Shown here: positions 13,180-23,170 of the stretch, piece after piece
Layout of the letters: each line of letters starts with the position of its first letter
Numbering within the stretch: position 1 is the first letter of the stretch
NCBI GenBank assembly: GCA_963777315.1
Contig: CAVZQC010000002.1
Coordinates: forward strand, 352,001 to 416,000
Length of the DNA: 64,000 nucleotides
Origin: Vulcanimicrobiota bacterium
Lineage (GTDB): Bacteria > Vulcanimicrobiota > Vulcanimicrobiia > Vulcanimicrobiales > Vulcanimicrobiaceae
Direction: 5' to 3'
Notes under the pieces: model-generated
Databases searched by the model: none
What the model was told of the DNA's origin: nothing
What the model saw: the letters and a program-made list of their open reading frames with translations, nothing else
Made by a program: the position numbers and the translations under genes

Positions 13180-13500
13180 TGCGCCGCTTCGCCGGGCTGC
13201 GACGCCCGGGCGATTTCAACCGCCTGCGGGCGCACGGCCGGCGCACGGCCACCGGGCTGTTGACCGTTTTCCGGGCCGATGCGCGACCGGCGGACTCCCG
13301 CACGCTCGTAGGCATCGTCGTCACCAAGGCGGTCGGCGGGGCGGTCGTGCGCAACCGTGTCCGCCGGCGACTGGCCGCCTGCCTTCAAAACAGTCTCCCG
13401 CACGATCGCCGCATGCGCCTGCTGATCCAAGTGCGGCCGGAGGCGGCGCACGCCGGCTTTGCGGTTCTGTGCGCGCAGCCTGCAGGCGGCCATCCGATGA
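13179..13500 (+). CDS. rnpA: Ribonuclease P protein component (apparent 1-nt insertion near 13480 fuses it to yidD)
   Basis: [24 protein letters not shown] motif. Removing one C in GCAGCCTG gives AQLQAAIR* ending in ATGA overlapping the yidD start. Confidence 0.85.
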
Positions 13501-13736
13501 TCGGCGCGGGCGCAGTGTGGTTGCTGCGAACGTACAAGCGCCTGCTTTCACCCCTGCTGCCTCCCGCCTGCCGGTTTTATCCCAGCTGTTCGGAGTACGC
13601 GCAGCAAGCCATCGCGAAACACGGGTTCCTGCGCGGCGGTATCCTCGCGGCGAGGCGGCTGCTCAAATGCCATCCGTTGCACCCGGGCGGCTTCGACCCG
13701 GTTCCCGAGCGCGTTCACCCGTACCCCGAAAGGTAA
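13497..13736 (+). CDS. yidD: Membrane protein insertion efficiency factor YidD
   Basis: [23 protein letters not shown]...[14 protein letters not shown]. Confidence 0.93.
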   Translation: MIGAGAVWLLRTYKRLLSPLLPPACRFYPSCSEYAQQAIAKHGFLRGGILAARRLLKCHPLHPGGFDPVPERVHPYPER

Positions 13737-13739
13737 TTC

Positions 13740-14621
13740 TTGCACGTTCTGCTCGCCACGTCGTGGCTCGATCCGTTCACGCATCTGGTCGCGTTCATCA
13801 TCGGCGCCATCGATTCGGTCGTCCACAATCGCGGATGGAGCCTGGTGCTGTTCGCGCTCGCACTGAAGATCGCAGTATGGCCGCTCAACACCAAACAGTT
13901 TACGGCGATGATGCGCATGCAGCGCCTGGCGCCGCAACTCAAGCGGCTGCAGGAAAAGTACGGCAAGAGCGAGCCGCAGCGCTACCAGCAAGAAACGATG
14001 GAGCTGTACAAAAAGAACGGCGCCAATCCGCTCGCCGGCTGCTGGCCGATGCTCATTCAATGGCCGTTCATCGCCGCGGTGTACTACGCGGTAACGATGA
14101 AGGCTTACCGGCCGCTCTACGAAGGCCAGCATTGGCTGTGGATCGGATCGCCTTTCACGCAGCACTTGCCCGTTTTGCCGATTTGGAAAGCGCCGCTGCT
14201 GGCTTCGAGTTTGTCGATGCCGGATCTCGTGCTGCTCATCGGCTACATGATCTCGATGTATCTGTTTTCGCGTTACGCGACGATGCCGTCTACCGACCCT
14301 TCGCAGGCGCAAACGCAAAAATTGATGGCAATCTTTTCACCGGTCATGCTCGGGTACATGGGGTTTCAGTTCAAGTGGCCTTCCGCCATGGTGCTCTACT
14401 GGTTTTCGTACAACGTGTTTACGATGGGACAGCAGTTTTATCTGCTCAAGAAATTTCATCAACCGCTTTCCGTGCTCGACAACGAGCACGCGATCACCGA
14501 CATTCCCGAACAGCCCAAGCCCGTCAAGGCAATCGCCGCCAACGGCGCGGCAGGCAATGCGGCGCGGCCCGCCGGCTCGACAAAGACTAGGCCCCGCAAA
14601 AAGAAAGGCGCAAAGAGATAA
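13740..14621 (+). CDS. yidC: Membrane protein insertase YidC/Oxa1 (short form)
   Basis: WPL..KQ...M.RLAPQLKRLQEKY, MELYKKNGANPLAGCWPMLIQWP, PSAMVLYW. Confidence 0.93.
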   Translation: MHVLLATSWLDPFTHLVAFIIGAIDSVVHNRGWSLVLFALALKIAVWPLNTKQFTAMMRMQRLAPQLKRLQEKYGKSEPQRYQQETMELYKKNGANPLAGCWPMLIQWPFIAAVYYAVTMKAYRPLYEGQHWLWIGSPFTQHLPVLPIWKAPLLASSLSMPDLVLLIGYMISMYLFSRYATMPSTDPSQAQTQKLMAIFSPVMLGYMGFQFKWPSAMVLYWFSYNVFTMGQQFYLLKKFHQPLSVLDNEHAITDIPEQPKPVKAIAANGAAGNAARPAGSTKTRPRKKKGAKR

Positions 14622-14624
14622 CCG

Positions 14625-15203
14625 ATGTTTGAAGACGACGTCGAACCCGAGGATCGGCCCGCCGGCAGGCGCGTACCGCGCACGCGGCGTGCACCGGACG
14701 CGGGAAAGACCAACGGGCACGCGCCGCGCGACCGTTCAAAGCACGAACTGCCCGAATCGGCGCGGCCGGCACGCGACCTGCTCGTCGAGATCCTCACGCG
14801 CATGGGCGTACCGCACGTCGAAATCGACTACGTCCCGCGTCCTGAAGGCGAGTATTTGGAAGTCAACGGGCCCGATCTGGCAATGTTGATCGGGCGCCAC
14901 GGATTCACGCTGGAAGCGCTGAACCTGATCTTCAACAACATTCTGAATGCGGGCGTTCGCAGCAATCGCAAGTACTACACGATCGACGCCGAAGGGTATC
15001 GCGCGCGCCGCGCGGACCAACTCAAAAATGTGGCATTGGTGACGTTGGAGCGCTGCCTGCGCGAGAAAAAGCCGCAGGCGCTCGAGCCGATGTTGCCCTC
15101 CGAACGCAAAATCGTGCATTTGGCGCTGGCCGACAGCCAGTTCGCGCGCACGGAATCCGAAGGCGTTGAGCCGGAACGGCGCGTGGTGGTGTTTCCGAAA
15201 TAG
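14625..15203 (+). CDS. jag: Jag/KhpB RNA-binding protein (KH + R3H)
   Basis: LIGRHGFTLEAL (KH), LEPMLPSERKIVHLAL (R3H), SEGVEPERRVVV. Confidence 0.9.
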   Translation: MFEDDVEPEDRPAGRRVPRTRRAPDAGKTNGHAPRDRSKHELPESARPARDLLVEILTRMGVPHVEIDYVPRPEGEYLEVNGPDLAMLIGRHGFTLEALNLIFNNILNAGVRSNRKYYTIDAEGYRARRADQLKNVALVTLERCLREKKPQALEPMLPSERKIVHLALADSQFARTESEGVEPERRVVVFPK

Positions 15204-15211
15204 CGTTCGGC

Positions 15212-16561
15212 ATGCAGGCGCGCGACACGATTGCCGCGATCGCGACCCCCGCGGGAAAAGGCGCAATCGCGATCGTGCGCGTGTGCGGTCCGCAGTCGCG
15301 AGCACTGGCAACGCGCCTGTTCCTGTCACGCCGGCCGCTGCAGCCCCGCGCGGTCACGTACGGTACGATCGTCGACGAACGCGGCGATGCGATCGATCGG
15401 GGTCTGGCGATTCTGTGGCTTGGGCCGCGCAGTGACACCGGCGAAGACATGCTCGAACTGCACTTGCACGGCTCGCCCGCGATTGCGCGCGAAGTCGTGC
15501 GCGCGCTCATTGCCTGCGGCGCACGATATGCGACGGCCGGCGAGTTCACGCGGCGCGCGTTTTTGAACGGCAAAATCGATCTGCGCGGCGCGGGTGCCGT
15601 CGCGGACTTGATCGAGGCCGAAACCCGCTCGGCTGCGCGCGCCGCGCTGGCAAATTTAGCCGGCAGTCTCACGCAGGAAATCCGAACGCTGCGCACGCGA
15701 CTTTCCGGAGCGCTCGAACAGCTGGCTGCCGCCGTGGATTTTCCCGATGAAGTGCCCGAGCCCCAGCCCGTGCAGCTGCAAGCGCAGCTGGACGGAATCG
15801 CGAGCGAATTACGCCGCCTGGTACGCGGCGCGCAGACGGGCTTGCTGCTGCGCGAAGGCGTGAGCGCGGCGATCGTGGGACCGCCCAACGCCGGAAAATC
15901 CTCGCTGCTCAACGCGCTGCTGGGCGAAGAGCGCGCCCTGGTATCGGAGATTGCCGGCACGACGCGCGACACGATCGAAGAATCGATTGCAGTTCAAGGC
16001 GTGCAGGTGCGATTGATCGATACGGCGGGGATCCGGCAGCATGCCGATCGTTTGGAGGCCGCCGGCATCGAACGCACGCGTCGCGCGCTCGAGGGCGCCC
16101 GCGTGGCAATCATCGTGCTGGATGGATCCCAGCCGCTGGACGCGCAAACCAGAGATCTGCTCGAGCAGACGCAAGAGCGCCCCAGGGTGGTTCTGGCCAA
16201 CAAAGCCGACCTTGGCCGCGCCGGGGCGGCGCAGCTCGACGGCGTTGCCCACGTGTGCGGAAGCGTACGCGAGCGTACGACGCTGGACTGCGTGCGGGAA
16301 GCGATCGCGCGCGTGGGGTGGGGCGGCGAAGCGCCGGATTTGGAACGTCCCCATCTCGCTTCGCTGGCCGAGATCGACGCCGCCGCGCAAGCGCTCGACG
16401 CGATCGCACGCGCGCGCCAAACGCTCGAGCGCGGCGATCCCATCGATCTCATGGTCTCAGACCTTCAGCTCGCGTTCGCCGCACTCGGACATCTGACGGG
16501 CGACGCGGCGAACGAAGAGCTGCTCACGAGGATTTTCGGACGGTTTTGCATCGGGAAATGA
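15212..16561 (+). CDS. mnmE: tRNA modification GTPase MnmE
   Basis: DTIAAIAT, GEFTRRAFLNGKID, GPPNAGKSSL, GTTRD, DTAG, NKAD, FCIGK C-terminus. Confidence 0.97.
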   Translation: MQARDTIAAIATPAGKGAIAIVRVCGPQSRALATRLFLSRRPLQPRAVTYGTIVDERGDAIDRGLAILWLGPRSDTGEDMLELHLHGSPAIAREVVRALIACGARYATAGEFTRRAFLNGKIDLRGAGAVADLIEAETRSAARAALANLAGSLTQEIRTLRTRLSGALEQLAAAVDFPDEVPEPQPVQLQAQLDGIASELRRLVRGAQTGLLLREGVSAAIVGPPNAGKSSLLNALLGEERALVSEIAGTTRDTIEESIAVQGVQVRLIDTAGIRQHADRLEAAGIERTRRALEGARVAIIVLDGSQPLDAQTRDLLEQTQERPRVVLANKADLGRAGAAQLDGVAHVCGSVRERTTLDCVREAIARVGWGGEAPDLERPHLASLAEIDAAAQALDAIARARQTLERGDPIDLMVSDLQLAFAALGHLTGDAANEELLTRIFGRFCIGK

Positions 16562-16592
16562 GCGTGTGGCCCGAGCCGGAGAATGGAGCAGC

Positions 16593-18443
16593 ATGAGCCA
16601 ATCGACGCGTGCCGACGATGCCGGCGTCATCGTCGTCGGCGGCGGCCATGCAGGACTGGAAGCCGCTCTCGCATCCGCGCGCATCGGCGTTTCCACCATG
16701 CTGATCACCGGCGATCCGGAGCGGATCTGCACGCTGCCGTGCAACCCGTCGATCGGCGGCAGCGCCAAGGGTCAGCTCGTCCGTGAGATCGATGCGCTCG
16801 GCGGTGAAATGGCGCGCATCATCGATCGCTGCTCGCTGCACTCGCGTTTTTTGAATGAATCGAAGGGTCCCGCAGTGCGTGCCCTGCGCGCGCTGGCCGA
16901 CAAGCCGGCATACGCGCGCATCGCGATGGAAACGCTGCGCGCGCAGCCCAACCTGCAGATAGTTTGCGCGATGGTCGAAGCGCTCGAGGTGCAGGCAGGA
17001 CACGTGCGCGGCGTGGCATGCGCGAATGGTTCGCGCTATCGCTCCAGGCGGGTCGTACTGGCTACCGGCACGTTCTTGGGCGGAAAGACGTTTCGTGGGG
17101 ACGTCGTGCAGCCTGAGGGCCGCTTCGGCGAAGCGCCGTCGATAGGACTTTCGCGCGCATTGCAGGCATTGGGTTTTCCGACCAGACGCTTGAAAACCGG
17201 CACGCCGCCGCGGATCGATCGCACCAGCGTCGATATCGACGCAATGCAGGCGCAACTTCCCAGCGCGGTGCCGCTGCCGTTTTCGTATTGCGGCGAGGAA
17301 CGTTTTGCCGGACCGCAGCTGCCGTGTTATCTCACGCAAACCAACGAGCGCACTCATGCGCTTGTGCGCGAGAACCTGCATCTGTCGCCGCTCTACGGGC
17401 TCGATTTGATCGAAGGCATCGGGCCGCGCTATTGTCCGTCGATCGAAGATAAGGTGATCAAATTCGCGCACAATCCGACGCATCAAATCTTCATCGAACC
17501 CGAAGGCTGGGACGAGCCCACGTGGTATGTCGGCGGGTTTTCCACTTCACTTCCGGCGGAAGTGCAGGTGCAGATGCTGCGCACGCTTGCCGGCCTGGAA
17601 AACGTTGCGATGCTGCGCGCGGGATACGCAGTGGAATACGACATGGTGCCGCCGACGCAGTTGCGCGACACGCTCGAGACGCACCGGATCGCCGGCCTGT
17701 ATCATTGCGGTCAGCTCAACGGCACGTCGGGATATGAGGAAGCCGCCGCGCAAGGGCTGCTTGCCGGCATCAATGCCGCGCGCGCAGCGCAAGGGAAAGA
17801 CCCGCTGCACGTCGATCGCGGCCGCGGCTACATCGGCGTGCTCGTGGACGATCTCGTGTCCAAAGGCGTCGACGAGCCGTACCGCATGCTCACCTCCCGC
17901 GCCGAGCATCGTGTCATCCTGCGCCACGATAACGCCGATGCGCGCCTAACGCCGTTGGGACGCGAGATGGGCTTGGTGGACGACGATGCGTGGGAGACAT
18001 ATTGCCGGCGGTCGGCCGCGCTCGGTGCCGCGATCCGGCAAGCCAAGTCCACGCGCATCGGCGTATGTACAATGGCCGGCGAGCAGTTCGGCGCCGATGC
18101 CACCGTGGCCGACGCACTGCGCCGGCCGAATCTGGCTCTGCGCGACCTCGAGCCGTTGTTGACGAACGTCGCGCCCGGCATTCGAGAACGTGCGGCGATC
18201 GAGATAAAATTCGAAGGCTACATCCGCCGTGAAGAACTGGCCGTGGAGCGCGCCGCCAGGGAGCGCGACATCCGGATTCCGCAGGACTTCGGATATGCCG
18301 GCATCGCGGCGCTCTCCAAGGAGGCCCGCGAGAAGCTTTCAAGGCAAAAGCCGCGCACGCTGGGCGCGGCGGCTCGGATACCGGGCGTTACGCCTTCCGA
18401 CGTTGCGGTTTTGAGCTTGTACGTTCAGCGCCGCCCGGCATGA
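16593..18443 (+). CDS. mnmG: tRNA uridine-5-carboxymethylaminomethyl modification enzyme MnmG (GidA)
   Basis: VVGGGHAGLEAA, CNPSIGG, RLKTGTPPR, GPRYCPSIEDK, GQLNGTSGYEEAAAQG; ATG 16593 has a GGAG RBS. Confidence 0.97.
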   Translation: MSQSTRADDAGVIVVGGGHAGLEAALASARIGVSTMLITGDPERICTLPCNPSIGGSAKGQLVREIDALGGEMARIIDRCSLHSRFLNESKGPAVRALRALADKPAYARIAMETLRAQPNLQIVCAMVEALEVQAGHVRGVACANGSRYRSRRVVLATGTFLGGKTFRGDVVQPEGRFGEAPSIGLSRALQALGFPTRRLKTGTPPRIDRTSVDIDAMQAQLPSAVPLPFSYCGEERFAGPQLPCYLTQTNERTHALVRENLHLSPLYGLDLIEGIGPRYCPSIEDKVIKFAHNPTHQIFIEPEGWDEPTWYVGGFSTSLPAEVQVQMLRTLAGLENVAMLRAGYAVEYDMVPPTQLRDTLETHRIAGLYHCGQLNGTSGYEEAAAQGLLAGINAARAAQGKDPLHVDRGRGYIGVLVDDLVSKGVDEPYRMLTSRAEHRVILRHDNADARLTPLGREMGLVDDDAWETYCRRSAALGAAIRQAKSTRIGVCTMAGEQFGADATVADALRRPNLALRDLEPLLTNVAPGIRERAAIEIKFEGYIRREELAVERAARERDIRIPQDFGYAGIAALSKEAREKLSRQKPRTLGAAARIPGVTPSDVAVLSLYVQRRPA

Positions 18444-19120
18444 GCGAACGCGCCGAGCTCGCGGCGTTGCTTGCGTCCGCGGGCATTGAGGCGGATCAGG
18501 CCGCCCGGCTGGCAATCTTCGGCGAAAGGCTGCTGGAAACGAACCGACGCTTTAATCTTACCGGCGCGGCCACGGCGCAGACGTTGGCGCCGCATATTCT
18601 CGACAGTTTGTCGATTCAAGAATACATCGTTTCGCCCTTGGTCGACGTCGGATCGGGCGGCGGTCTGCCGGGCATTCCGCTCGCGGTCGTGACGGGCGCA
18701 GAGACAACCTTCGTCGAGGCGAGCACGAAGAAGGCGGCCTTTTTGGAGGCCGTCGTGGCTGTATGCGGCGTGCACGGGCGCGTGGTGCCGGAGCGCGCCG
18801 AGATAGCGGCACGGCATGCCGACTTGCGTGAGGCTTTTGCGAGCGCTACGGTACGGGCCGTGGCACCCGCGCCGGCGGCGTTGGAACTGGCCATGCCGTT
18901 CCTGCGAGTGGGCGGCACAGTCGTGCTGCAGCAAGGAACCCTGGGGGACCGGGAACGCAATGCTGCCCGGGACGCCGCGGCCATGCTCGGCGGCTCGTCC
19001 CCCGAGGAAATCCCGCTGAGCGGAGGACGCCGCGTGCTTTTGGTGCGCAAAGCAGACTCAACGCCGCAACGCTTTCCGCGGCGCAACGGCGTGCCGGCAA
19101 AGCGCCCGCTGTGCATGTAG
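18440..19120 (+). CDS. rsmG: 16S rRNA m7G527 methyltransferase RsmG (GidB)
   Basis: NLT, HILDSL, DVGSGGGLPGIPLA, TPQRFPRRNGVPAKRPL. Confidence 0.95.
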   Translation: MSERAELAALLASAGIEADQAARLAIFGERLLETNRRFNLTGAATAQTLAPHILDSLSIQEYIVSPLVDVGSGGGLPGIPLAVVTGAETTFVEASTKKAAFLEAVVAVCGVHGRVVPERAEIAARHADLREAFASATVRAVAPAPAALELAMPFLRVGGTVVLQQGTLGDRERNAARDAAAMLGGSSPEEIPLSGGRRVLLVRKADSTPQRFPRRNGVPAKRPLCM

Positions 19121-19131
19121 GCGCATTCCGA

Positions 19132-19147
19132 GGTTCCACGGGGAACC
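19132..19147. promoter_or_regulatory. parS-like centromere site
   Basis: GGTTCCACGGGGAACC versus canonical TGTTCCACGTGGAACA (13/16, arms palindromic); lies just after rsmG and about 1.6 kb from parAB. Confidence 0.6.
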
Positions 19148-19349
19148 TTCACCCTTATGCCATCGCGCTAGTAACCACCATTCGTGCAAATGCGGTTACT
19201 TGCTCATTACCGGCTCCGGTGGAGCGGCGTTCGCTTGGCCCGGTTGGATGCCGGCGGGGCAAACCCAGTCGTACGGAGCCTTGCCGCGCGTCTGCGGCTG
19301 TCGAGCGGTTACAAGAAGGCCGTACCGCGCGCGCGAAGCGCTCGTTGCC

Positions 19350-20727
19350 GTGTACGAGCCGCTAGCCGTCGATCGCGCGCTCTGCGAAGTTCTCCCGGAG
19401 GGCTCGCTCTTTGCCGTGGGCGGCCGCGTTCGAGACGAGATCCGGGCTTCGTTCGAAGTCTGTCTCGCCGGTCGTCAAAGACCTCGATTACATCGTAACC
19501 GGCATAGCAGGCGCCGAACTCGAACGGCGTCTGGCCCGCATCGGACGCGTGGATCTGGTCGGCGCCTCGTTCGCGGTCTTCAAGGTCGGATTGGCCGGAC
19601 AAACGGTCGACGTCGCGCTGCCCAGGGCCGAGCGTTCCGTCGGCGTGGGCCATCGTGACTTTGCGGTGCAAAGTGGCCCCGACGTGCCGCTGGAGCAGGA
19701 TCTGGCGCGCCGCGACTTTCGCATGAACGCGATCGCGCGCTCGCTTCCCTCGGGTACGCTGGTCGACCCGCATCGCGGCTGCGACGACATTGCAGCGCGC
19801 CGTATCGACATTCTGCACGCGCAAACGTTCGAGGAAGATCCGCTGCGCATGCTGCGCGCAGCCCAGTTCGCAGCGCGGTTCGAATACGTGCTCTCGCCGT
19901 TTACGCGCGAGGCGATGATCGCGGCAGCTGGTCTGGTGCAAACCGTTTCGGCCGAACGCATTGCCGAGGAGCTGGGCAAGCTGCTCTCGCGTGCGGCACG
20001 CCCCTCCGTCGGGCTCGAGGTTTTGCGCCAAAGCGGCGTGCTGCAGTACGTATGGCCGGAATTGCTCGAGGGCGTCGACGTCGAGCAAAACGAATGGCAC
20101 GCCTACCCCGTCTACCGGCACAATTTGGAAACGGCCGATGCAGCCGGCCCCGGCGATCTTGTCTTGCGCCTTGCCGCGCTGCTGCACGACGTGGGCAAGC
20201 CGCGCACGAAAGAGGGCGCACACTTCTATCGCCACGAGCAAATCGGCGCCGACATGGCACGCGCCATACTTTCGCGCCTGCGCTTTTCGCACGAGATAAC
20301 GCAAACGGCCGAGCACCTGGTGCGCCAGCACATGTACGTCGCAGACCCGCAGCTCTCCGACGCTGCGATTCGCCGCTTCATCCGCCGCATCGGCGTGCAG
20401 CATCTGGATCGTCAGTTCGCTTTGAGGGCTGCGGATATCGCCGGAAGCGGCCTGCCCAAACGCGACGATTCCAACGAACGATTTCAGTCTCGCGTGTACG
20501 CCGAAGTCTCGCGCAAACCGCCGTTTTCCGTCAAAGATTTGCGCGTCGACGGCGCCGCGGTCATTGCGGTTATGGTCGAGAAAGGCATCGCGCCTGCGGG
20601 ATTCCGCGGAGACAAGCGCGTCGGCGAAGCGCTGGGGTTTTTGTTCGAGCAGGTCACGGAGCAGCCGGAGCGCAATGAGCTCGCCACGCTCATCGCGCTG
20701 CTGGAGCAGTATTTCGGGGGTTCCTAA
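19350..20727 (+). CDS. cca: CCA tRNA nucleotidyltransferase with HD domain (apparent frameshift near 19460)
   Basis: N-terminus MYEPL...FAVGGRVRD is in one frame; KDLDY, DLARRDFRMNA, EDPLRMLRAAQF, ERI.EEL and LLHDVGKP follow in the +1 frame. Confidence 0.85.
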
Positions 20728-20729
20728 CA

Positions 20730-21515
20730 CTGTCGCGGATCATCGCGCTCGTCAATCAAAAGGGCGGAGTGGGCAAGAGCACTACGACGGTGAATTTGGG
20801 CGCCGCGCTGGCGGTGCTCGGAAAGACCGTGCTGGTCGTCGATCTCGATCCGCAAGGCAACACGACCACCGGTTTGGGCGCCAATAAATCCGAGCTCAAA
20901 CGCGACGTCTACGATTTGCTCATGCATCACGCCGCGATCGACGAAGTGCTGCGTCCCACGGAAATCGACGAGCTGCACTTGATTCCGGCCACGATCAATC
21001 TTGCGGGCGCCGAAATCGAACTCGTGTCGGCACTTTCGCGCGAGAACCGCCTCAAGGGCGTGCTCGCGCCGATTGCGCGCAATTACGATTTCGTGCTCAT
21101 CGACTGCCCGCCGTCCTTGGGGCTGCTCACGATCAACGCGCTCACCGCCGCGCAGGAAGTGATCATTCCGGTGCAAGCCGAGTACTACGCGCTCGAAGGC
21201 CTGTCGCAGCTCACCAACGTCGTGCGTCGCGTTCAGGAGGCGCTCAATCCGCAGCTGCGCGTGAACGGCGTGCTGGTCACGATGTTCGACGGGCGCACGA
21301 AGCTCGCCATGGAAGTGCTCGACGAACTCAATGCCTACTTTCCGCGCCAAATGTTCAAAACGCAGATTCCGCGCAACATTCGCCTTTCGGAGGCGCCGTC
21401 GTTCGGCAAGCCGGTCATTTTGTTCGATCTGAAATCGCGCGGAGCGCAAGCGTACATGTCGCTGGCAGGCGAAATCATCAACGCGCAGCAGGACGCTCGG
21501 GCCGTGGCGCAGTGA
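20730..21515 (+). CDS. parA: ParA/Soj partitioning ATPase (probable CTG start)
   Basis: SRIIALVNQKGGVGKSTT extends upstream of the track start; DLDPQGN, IDCPPSLG, RNIRLSEAPSFG. Confidence 0.95.
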   Translation: MSRIIALVNQKGGVGKSTTTVNLGAALAVLGKTVLVVDLDPQGNTTTGLGANKSELKRDVYDLLMHHAAIDEVLRPTEIDELHLIPATINLAGAEIELVSALSRENRLKGVLAPIARNYDFVLIDCPPSLGLLTINALTAAQEVIIPVQAEYYALEGLSQLTNVVRRVQEALNPQLRVNGVLVTMFDGRTKLAMEVLDELNAYFPRQMFKTQIPRNIRLSEAPSFGKPVILFDLKSRGAQAYMSLAGEIINAQQDARAVAQ

Positions 21516-22384
21516 GCAGCGCGACAAAACGGGGATTGGGCCGAGGACTGGGAGCGCTGCTGGGGGATGCATCGCTCCCCGACGCGTCTTCGGGAGTGCC
21601 TCCCGACGCGATTCGGCACATTCCGATCGAGCTGGTGCGGCCGAATCCCCATCAGCCGCGCAAACTCTTCGATGCCGCGACCCTGGACGAGCTGCGAGCT
21701 TCGATCGCGGAGCACGGCGTGCTCGTGCCGATTCTGGTGCGCGAGCGCGGCCAGACGTACGAATTGATCGCGGGCGAGCGCCGCTGGCGCGCGTGCGCGG
21801 CTCAGGGAGAAGCGACCATCCCCGCAATCGTGCGTTCCAGCGACGACCGCGAGAGTTTGGAAATGGCGATCATCGAGAACCTGCAGCGCGAGGATCTCAA
21901 CGCGCTCGAAGAAGCCGCCGGCATCGCGCAGCTGATCGAAGCGCACGGTTTTACGCAGGAACAGGTCTCGCGCCGGCTGGGAAAGAGCCGGCCGTCAGTG
22001 ACCAATGCGCTGCGTCTGCTGGCTTTGCCCGAACCGGTCAAAGCGATGATCGCGCAGGGCAGTTTGAGCGCCGGCCACGCCAAAGCGCTGCTCGGTGCAC
22101 CCGAACGGATGCGCTTGGAACTCGCGCGCCGCACGGCAAGCCAAGGGATTTCCGTGCGCGCGCTCGAGCGCATCGTCGCAACGCTGTCCGCTCCGCCTGC
22201 ACCCAAACCTTCCGCCGCGCAGCGGGCGCCGACGGCCGAGGATCGCGAATTCGAAGCCGGCCTTCGCACGCGCATCGGGACGGCGGTCGCGCTGCGGCGC
22301 AACGGCCGCGGAGGAACGATCGAAATCAAGTTTACCAGCGAAACGGACCTGATCCGCATCGCCGATATTTTGCTGGGCGAGTAA
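21512..22384 (+). CDS. parB: ParB/Spo0J partitioning protein
   Basis: GLGRGLGAL, PNPHQPRK, IAGERRWRA, ENLQREDLN, HTH (LGKSRPSVTNALRLL). Confidence 0.96.
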   Translation: MSSATKRGLGRGLGALLGDASLPDASSGVPPDAIRHIPIELVRPNPHQPRKLFDAATLDELRASIAEHGVLVPILVRERGQTYELIAGERRWRACAAQGEATIPAIVRSSDDRESLEMAIIENLQREDLNALEEAAGIAQLIEAHGFTQEQVSRRLGKSRPSVTNALRLLALPEPVKAMIAQGSLSAGHAKALLGAPERMRLELARRTASQGISVRALERIVATLSAPPAPKPSAAQRAPTAEDREFEAGLRTRIGTAVALRRNGRGGTIEIKFTSETDLIRIADILLGE

Positions 22385-22388
22385 CAGC

Positions 22389-22568
22389 GTGGCGGGGCTG
22401 CAACGCATCATCGCTCTGCTGATGGCGGCGGGCATGGTTTTCGTTTTTCTCGTGCCCCTGGGCATGGCGCGGCACGCCTATACGCTCGTGGCGATCGTCG
22501 TGGCGATCTTCGTTCTGTATCTTGCGGTGAACGCGTGGATATTCGTGCGCATGCGCCGGCGCTCTTGA
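22389..22568 (+). CDS. Small two-TM membrane protein (59 aa)
   Basis: My translation: MAGLQRIIALLMAAGMVFVFLVPLGMARHAYTLVAIVVAIFVLYLAVNAWIFVRMRRRS*. It fills the parB-thiE gap and its TGA overlaps the thiE TTG. Confidence 0.65.
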   Translation: MAGLQRIIALLMAAGMVFVFLVPLGMARHAYTLVAIVVAIFVLYLAVNAWIFVRMRRRS

Positions 22569-23170
22569 CCGGCATTTACGCCATCGCCGACGCGGCGCGA
22601 TCGGATCCGGTTGCGCTTGCGAGCGCGGCCGTGCGCGGCGGTGCGCGCATCGTCCAATATCGCGCCAAAGGCGGAATCGTCGCGTCGCACGCGCGTGCGC
22701 TGCGTGAACTCACGCTCCGCCACGGTGCGCTGTTCATCGTCAACGACGATTGGCGGGCGGCGCTGAAATACGAGGCCGACGGCGTTCACCTCGGACCGGA
22801 CGACGCAAGTCCGCGCGAGGTTGCCGAAATTCGCGCCGCCATGGGCGAACGGCTCGTGGGCATCTCGTGCGGAACGCAGAGCGAAGCGCGCGAGGCGCAA
22901 ACGCTGCGCGCGGATTACATCGGCGCCGGCTCGGTATACGCGACGGCGTCGAAGGCCGACGCGGGTTCGCCGATCGGCACGGCCGGATTGGAACGCATCG
23001 TGCGCGCGACGCGCTTGCCCGTGGCGGCGATCGGCGGCATCACGCTGCAAGTCATTCCACAGATTCGTTCGTCGGGGGCCGCGATGGCCGCCGTGATCTC
23101 CGCGATCGCTTCCGCACCCGACCCGCAGGCCGCGGCCGCACAGCTGGTGCGGGCTTGGAACGCCCGATGA
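22565..23170 (+). CDS. thiE: Thiamine-phosphate synthase
   Basis: VQYRAK, FIVNDD, ADGVHLG, G.S, DYIGAG, TASK, AIGGI; start at TTG 22565 or GTG 22535. Confidence 0.92.
   Translation: MTGIYAIADAARSDPVALASAAVRGGARIVQYRAKGGIVASHARALRELTLRHGALFIVNDDWRAALKYEADGVHLGPDDASPREVAEIRAAMGERLVGISCGTQSEAREAQTLRADYIGAGSVYATASKADAGSPIGTAGLERIVRATRLPVAAIGGITLQVIPQIRSSGAAMAAVISAIASAPDPQAAAAQLVRAWNAR

Noticed and set aside
19255..19270. GGGCAAACC resembling the start of a c-di-GMP-I riboswitch
   Set aside because: The downstream conserved elements are missing.
22385..22565. TPP riboswitch upstream of thiE/thiD
   Set aside because: No CTGAGA or matching aptamer core seen; the space is occupied by a small ORF.
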